64,000 bases of DNA, taken from NCBI GenBank assembly GCA_038207335.1, contig JBBQZX010000003.1, positions 64,001 to 128,000 on the forward strand, in the 5' to 3' direction. The stretch comes from Chthoniobacterales bacterium (lineage in GTDB: Bacteria; Verrucomicrobiota; Verrucomicrobiia; Chthoniobacterales; Chthoniobacteraceae). A program made the translations under genes and the position numbers. The notes under the pieces are model-generated. The model was not told the origin of the DNA. It was given only the letters and a program-made list of their open reading frames with translations, and ran no database searches. Shown piece after piece: positions 58,870-64,000 of the stretch. The first letter of the stretch is position 1; every line of letters begins with the position of its first letter.

Positions 58870-60939
58870 CTACAGCGGGATGCTGTACGGCGGCGGGAGC
58901 TGCACATGCAGCAGCGCCGACGTGCCATCCGTGTAAAACGCACGGTAGATTAGCTCCCCGGCGTTGTTGTAAGAGCGCGCCTGCGAGCTGGAACGCGAGA
59001 CGTTGCTCAGGATCGTGAATGCCCGCAGCGTCTTCCCTTCCACGGTGTCCCCGGCGCGCGCCAGCAGATGCGCCGTCCCCGCGTCATCGGTGTACCACAG
59101 GCCCACCGCATTCTTCGAAGTCACCCCGGCTGGGTTCGGCTCGCCCGTCTTCGGCACCAGCAGCTTCGCCACGAAGACCGGCCCCGTCGCGCCGTCCGGC
59201 ATCGCCACCGACGTGAACGACTTGAACACCGCCCCACCTGCGCCCGGGGCCTCCATCCCTTCGCGCGCCATCAGTTGCGTGCCGTACCTCACCCGAAAGA
59301 GCGCCAAATCGCTCGCGCTGGTCGCCGTCCCGCCCTTCAGCTTCGCCACAAATGCCGCATTGCCTTCCGACCCCAGCGCCACCGTCCCAAACGCATTGAA
59401 CAATGCCGCATCAAACGCCATCGCCTGTTCCCCCTGCCGCGCCAGCAGACCCACACCCCCGTCGCCGGTGAAGAGCAGCGCCCCCGACGCGTTACCCGGC
59501 CCACTCAACTTCGCCGTAAAGGCCGCCCCGCCGCCGCTCGACTGCGTCGCCACGCCCGTTTTCAACAGCGTCTCATCGGTCCCGAAGACCGGCAGCCCGG
59601 CCTTCGCCACCGAATAGTATCCCCCCGGGTAAAAGCGCACCAATTCCTGCGTCTTATCCGTGAAAGTCACCTTTGCCGTCACCCCCTGGCCCGCAGCACC
59701 GTGCCCCTGGCCCGCCGCACCCGGCACCGCCTTCAGCGCCGTGAATGATTTCACCGTCTTCACCGACCCCTCCCCCAGCGTCAGCGTGCCGCCCTCCCTC
59801 ATCGCCAGCGTCGTGTAATCCCCAAACACCCGCAGCCACAGCCCCGTGTCATCCGCAGCCGTCACCTCGCCGAGGCCCTGCACGAGCGATGCCGTAAAGG
59901 CCACCATGTCATCCGCCAGCGCCACCGACGTGAATGACTTCCACTGCGCCGCGCCGCCCACTCCGGGCACGTCGTCGAGAGTCGTCGCCACCGGCGCCGG
60001 GAACTGCGTCTGCCCCTGAATTGCGAAGTTCGACCGCATCCAAATCCCCTCCACCTTCACCGTCCCCAGCTTCTGCGCTGCGACGAAAAGCACCGTCCCC
60101 GCCTCATCGATCAGCGGGTCCTTGAATCCCGAAAACTGCAGCGGCGTCGCCTTGAGCGTCGCCAGCACCTGCACCGTCCCGTCCGGCGCACGCCGCACCA
60201 CACTCGTCTGCGTCCCCGTCGGCGACTTCAGCTTTGCGATGAACGCCGCGCTTCCCACCTGCACCGCCGGCCCTTCCATGCCCAGCGCCGCATAAATTCG
60301 CACCGGCGCGATCGCAGGCACCCCGAAGCCATACCACACCGCCCCCGCCGGCACATCACTCCCATCCACGCCCGCCCCCGGCACCTCAGCGCCCTTCAGC
60401 GCCAGCGTCGTCGTTACCGGTCCTGGCGGAGTCGGCGGAATCACCTCCACCACTCCATTCAGCAACGGGATCGCGCTGCCAAGACTCGACACATCCGCCA
60501 GATCATTCCACTTCGTCGCCGTGTAGATCGGAGACCCCGCCTGGAAAATATGCACGAAATCCTCGTTCGACGCATTATCCGGCTGCCCCGAGTCCCAGTT
60601 CGAGTAGGAAAACGGCTCACCACTCGTCCACACATACGTCCCCTCCGTCGCCGCATCATTCAGACCGATCCACAGCGCCCGCTCCACCCCGCCATAGTGC
60701 GCAAACGCATCGAAAATAAACTGATTCTCCACCGCATTCCGCACCGTCGCCAAGTGTCCTCCCAGCGACTGCGCCACCGTCTCCGCCGCGCTCCAGTTAC
60801 TTTCCGTCAGCAGATAATAAGTGTGTCCGTTCGCCGGATTTACCGCACTCGTATAGACGTCCGGCAGCGGCTGGAAAGCCCGGGCCGAGAGGGGGAGCAG
60901 AGCGGCGCAAGCCGAGAGGAGGAGGACGAGAGATTTCAT
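58870..60939 (-). CDS. Secreted C-type lectin domain protein with C-terminal propeller-like repeats
   Basis: NGHTYY, W.AAE..A..LGGHLAT, WIGLND..EG...W, YSNW..GQPD, WND; repeats with AF.AKL / LAREG. Confidence 0.8.
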   Translation of the reverse strand: MKSLVLLLSACAALLPLSARAFQPLPDVYTSAVNPANGHTYYLLTESNWSAAETVAQSLGGHLATVRNAVENQFIFDAFAHYGGVERALWIGLNDAATEGTYVWTSGEPFSYSNWDSGQPDNASNEDFVHIFQAGSPIYTATKWNDLADVSSLGSAIPLLNGVVEVIPPTPPGPVTTTLALKGAEVPGAGVDGSDVPAGAVWYGFGVPAIAPVRIYAALGMEGPAVQVGSAAFIAKLKSPTGTQTSVVRRAPDGTVQVLATLKATPLQFSGFKDPLIDEAGTVLFVAAQKLGTVKVEGIWMRSNFAIQGQTQFPAPVATTLDDVPGVGGAAQWKSFTSVALADDMVAFTASLVQGLGEVTAADDTGLWLRVFGDYTTLAMREGGTLTLGEGSVKTVKSFTALKAVPGAAGQGHGAAGQGVTAKVTFTDKTQELVRFYPGGYYSVAKAGLPVFGTDETLLKTGVATQSSGGGAAFTAKLSGPGNASGALLFTGDGGVGLLARQGEQAMAFDAALFNAFGTVALGSEGNAAFVAKLKGGTATSASDLALFRVRYGTQLMAREGMEAPGAGGAVFKSFTSVAMPDGATGPVFVAKLLVPKTGEPNPAGVTSKNAVGLWYTDDAGTAHLLARAGDTVEGKTLRAFTILSNVSRSSSQARSYNNAGELIYRAFYTDGTSALLHVQLPPPYSIPL

Positions 60940-61089
60940 CGGGATATTGAGGTGTGAAAAGCGCGGGTCTTCTAAGCCTTAACCCGTACCGTGCAAGCGG
61001 AAAATTTTCCCCCATTCCGCATCTTCAAAATCACCACCTCCGCCCCCGTTCGAGCCCTCCTGAAATCCTCCCATCCCACCCCTCCACCG

Positions 61090-61493
61090 AGCGCCACATC
61101 ACGGAGGCGAAACGCCGTGATCCCTCCGCGTTCAAACGGCATCGGGAGGCTCATATTCGTGAACCGGCACCCAATATTCGTAATCCGATGCCATATATTC
61201 GTGATGCGGTGCCACGTAGTCGGCATTGGGAGGAACGTTGCCGTGAATCGGCTGCATTTAGACGGATCCCGGAGGCAGTGGTTCGTAATCCTCCCATAGC
61301 TAGACGGCGTCCGGTGGCAGAATGACGGCTTTGGTTGCCGCACAGCCATCATCGTCCATGGCAAAATCGGCATCCGGCGGGGCACCGACGGCGATTTTTT
61401 GCAAAACGGAGCCGTCGAGGGGGTCTCAGATGCCGTTGGAGGGGTGGCGGATGCCGTAGGAGGCCCACCGGATCACGTCGAGGTGTCTTGATC
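61090..61493. repeat. Degenerate 21-bp-period tandem repeat tract
   Basis: ATATTCGT at 61153, 61174 and 61195; GCCGT at 61410, 61431 and 61452. Confidence 0.65.
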
Positions 61494-61665
61494 CTGAGCG
61501 ACTTACGCATATTTTGGCGATTTGCGACCACTTTTGCCGACAACCCCGGTCACAAATTCGACACACCCCCTCCCGCCCGCCGCGTGAGTCAACGCCGCAC
61601 CCGCGTTTCTGCCAGTCGCCTCTGGCAACCCCCGCCCGAATGCGTCGTCGGCGTGCGCCTTTCCC

Positions 61666-63147
61666 CTACGCGAAAAGCTCCGTGATGGCGTGCGCCTTCA
61701 CCAGCTCGCGCGGCTGATTGAGATGGTTATAAACGATCGTATCGGGGTCGATGCCGCACGCGTGATAGATAGTCGCGAGCAACTCCGTGGGATGCACCGC
61801 GCCTTCCGAGGGGCTCGAGCCCGTCTTGTCGCTGGCGCCGTGGATATACCCGCGCTTGATCCCCGCCCCGGCGATACACGCCGTGTAGCAGTAGGGCCAG
61901 TGGTCGCGACCGTCGGAGCTGTTGCTATTCCCGCTCGTGCTGAGCCCTTTCTCAGGGCTGCGCCCAAACTCGCCCAGCGCGACGACCAGCGTCTCGTCCA
62001 GCAACCCGCGGCTGTCCATGTCATCGAGCAGCGCGCTGAACCCGGCGTCCAGCATCGGGCCGCTCTGCTTTTTCATCCGGTCGGTGAGGCTGACGTGGTG
62101 GTCCCACGAATGGTTGTCCGAGTTCGCGACCTTCGGCCAGATGCACTCCACGACCCGCGTCCCGGCCTCGACGAGCCGCCGCGCGAGGAGCAGGGATTGC
62201 CCGAAGGTGTTCATGCCGTAGCGCTCGCGCATGGCCGTGGTCTCCTGGTCGATGGCAAAGGCGTCGCGCGCCTTCCCGCTGACGATGAGGTTCAGGGCGC
62301 GGTCGTAGTATTCGTTGAGGTTGTAGCTCTCGACGGCCTTATCGATGACCGGCATGGCGTCGTTCATGGCCTGGCGCAGGCTCGCGCGGCGCTCGAGGCG
62401 CTGGGCAAAGACGTCCGGCCGCAGCTTCAGGTCATCGACGTGGATGCGGTTCATCTTCGCCATGTCCATGTCGTCGCCGTCCGGGAAAAGCGTGTAGGGA
62501 TCGAACTCGCGCCCGAGGAAGCCGGCGGTGCCGCCTTTCCCGACAACGTTCGACTCCTGCAGCGGGCGCGGCATCATCACGAAGGGGAGCATTGGCTCGG
62601 TCGGGGGCTTGAGGCGGATGATGTTGGAGCCAAAGTTCGGATAATCCTTGGCATTCGGCGGCTCGAGCTGGCCGCTGGGCGAGACCTTGTCCGTCGTGTA
62701 GCCGGTCATGATCTGGTAGATCGCGGCGGTGTGGTTGAAGAGGCCATTCGGCGTGTAGCTCATGGCGCGGCACATGGTCATCTTGTCGTTGACCTTCGCG
62801 AGCTTCGGCAGGATCTCGGTGAAATTGACGCCGGGGATCTTCGTTTTGATGGGATTGAAGGCGCTGCGCATCTTGTCAGGCATGTTTTCCTTCGGGTCCC
62901 ACAGGTCGAGGTGGCTCGGCCCACCCTGGAGATAGACCATGATGACGCTTTTGGCCTTGTTCCACCCGGGTCCCTGACCCGTGGCGTCCTTGAGCTTCGC
63001 CTCCGCTGCGCGGGCCTTGAGTTCGAAGATGGAGCCGAGCGTGAGCCCGAGCATGGCCGAGCCGCCGAAGCGCAAAAGATCGCGCCGAGTGATGCCGAGA
63101 TGAGAGTCGCAGAGGTCGCGGCCGGGTTGTCCTGGGATGCGGATCAT
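61666..63147 (-). CDS. DUF1501 domain protein
   Basis: TRRDLL Tat-like signal, [38 protein letters not shown]. Confidence 0.92.
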   Translation of the reverse strand: MIRIPGQPGRDLCDSHLGITRRDLLRFGGSAMLGLTLGSIFELKARAAEAKLKDATGQGPGWNKAKSVIMVYLQGGPSHLDLWDPKENMPDKMRSAFNPIKTKIPGVNFTEILPKLAKVNDKMTMCRAMSYTPNGLFNHTAAIYQIMTGYTTDKVSPSGQLEPPNAKDYPNFGSNIIRLKPPTEPMLPFVMMPRPLQESNVVGKGGTAGFLGREFDPYTLFPDGDDMDMAKMNRIHVDDLKLRPDVFAQRLERRASLRQAMNDAMPVIDKAVESYNLNEYYDRALNLIVSGKARDAFAIDQETTAMRERYGMNTFGQSLLLARRLVEAGTRVVECIWPKVANSDNHSWDHHVSLTDRMKKQSGPMLDAGFSALLDDMDSRGLLDETLVVALGEFGRSPEKGLSTSGNSNSSDGRDHWPYCYTACIAGAGIKRGYIHGASDKTGSSPSEGAVHPTELLATIYHACGIDPDTIVYNHLNQPRELVKAHAITELFA

Positions 63148-63213
63148 GGGGATGTATGGGGTTGTCTAAGTGAAGATCGCGGGATTCGGATTTCTTAGTG
63201 TATCCGATGTCCC

Positions 63214-64000
63214 CTACCTGCGGCGACGGCGGAGGCCGACGAACATGGACAGTCCGGCGAGAAGAAGCGAGGCGCTTCCGGGCTCCGGGATGACTGTGAG
63301 GACGCCGAAGGACGTGAAGTTTCCCGTATCCCACGCGAGCCCGGCGCCGAGCGAGGGAAGGATGAGGTCGCTCGCGAGGTTGAATCCGGTGGAGTCGATG
63401 TTGTTGAAATCGAGGAGGTCGAAGCTGTCGTTGAGCGCGGGGCTGTAGCCGCCGAAAAGCGTAACGTTGAACGTGCCGTCGAGGGTCAGGTTGTTGATGC
63501 CGATGACGCGGTCGAAATTCACGGTGCTGCCGAGCTCGAACACCGAGACGGCTGTGCTGCTGAGGAGCAGGTCGGTGTTGTTGAGCGCGAGGGAGCCGGG
63601 GGAGTTCCCAGGGGCGAGCGTTCCGGAGACTAGGACGGTTCCGCTGATCAACCCACTCCCGCCGAGCGTGCCGGAATTCACCAGCACCGTGCCGGCGATG
63701 GAGCCATTCACGAGGAGGGTGCCGCCATTCACGGTCGTGTCGCCGGTATAGGTGTTCGTGCCGCTGAGGACGAGCGTGCCCGCGCCGGATTTGGTCAGGC
63801 TGCCGTTCTGGATATTCGGTGAAACGCTCGTGGTGCCGCCGGTGATGTTGAAATCCCGAGTGGCACCGCCGAGGTCCACATTGCGGGGTCCAGCCACATT
63901 CGGGTTGAAGATCGCACTCGTGCCGCTGGCGGTGAGGTTTCCGCCGAGATTGACCTGCGCGACGAAGCCTCCGCCGAGCTGGCCGAGCTGAAGTGTGCCG
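63214..64000 (-). CDS. PEP-CTERM protein with autotransporter-associated beta-strand repeat (5' part outside the window)
   Basis: LTKSGAGTLVLSGTNTYTGDTTVNGGTL, LAPGNSPG, IPEPGSASLLLAGLSMFVGLRRRR. Confidence 0.9.
   Translation of the reverse strand, partial: GTLQLGQLGGGFVAQVNLGGNLTASGTSAIFNPNVAGPRNVDLGGATRDFNITGGTTSVSPNIQNGSLTKSGAGTLVLSGTNTYTGDTTVNGGTLLVNGSIAGTVLVNSGTLGGSGLISGTVLVSGTLAPGNSPGSLALNNTDLLLSSTAVSVFELGSTVNFDRVIGINNLTLDGTFNVTLFGGYSPALNDSFDLLDFNNIDSTGFNLASDLILPSLGAGLAWDTGNFTSFGVLTVIPEPGSASLLLAGLSMFVGLRRRRR

Noticed and set aside
61090..61493. CRISPR or structured RNA gene interpretation of the 21-bp tract
   Set aside because: There are no identical repeats with unique spacers and no recognisable tRNA, rRNA or known ncRNA motif.

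Overview
A high-GC bacterial window, most likely Verrucomicrobiota (Chthoniobacterales/Spartobacteria-like). This is inferred from PEP-CTERM beta-strand-repeat proteins, DUF1501, DUF1080 and a PVC-type CxxCH protein. It is mostly housekeeping: alaS, hisB/H/A, a PHP histidinol phosphatase, larC1/larC2/larE, tmk, miaE, aas, pilT/pilU, ubiA/ubiD-like genes, folP, folB, secDF-yajC, hemQ and purD. The clearest accessory element is an integrase-less integron cassette array (CALIN, about 48.14-50.0 kb). It has three related attC sites and four cassettes, one carrying a sub-60-aa ORF with a PEP-CTERM sorting motif. Just upstream is an ECF sigma / putative anti-sigma / HtrA-PDZ operon whose HtrA has lost all three catalytic residues. 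Other oddities: a second pseudo-protease (S41), a His-less HisKA-REC protein, a probable CTG/ATT start on the PHP phosphatase, an Rrf2-KamA operon with a TGTAA-N9-TTACA operator, an orphan decayed Phd antitoxin, heptamer palindromic intergenic elements and a 21-bp-period repeat tract. All calls come from motif recognition by eye; no database search was run.
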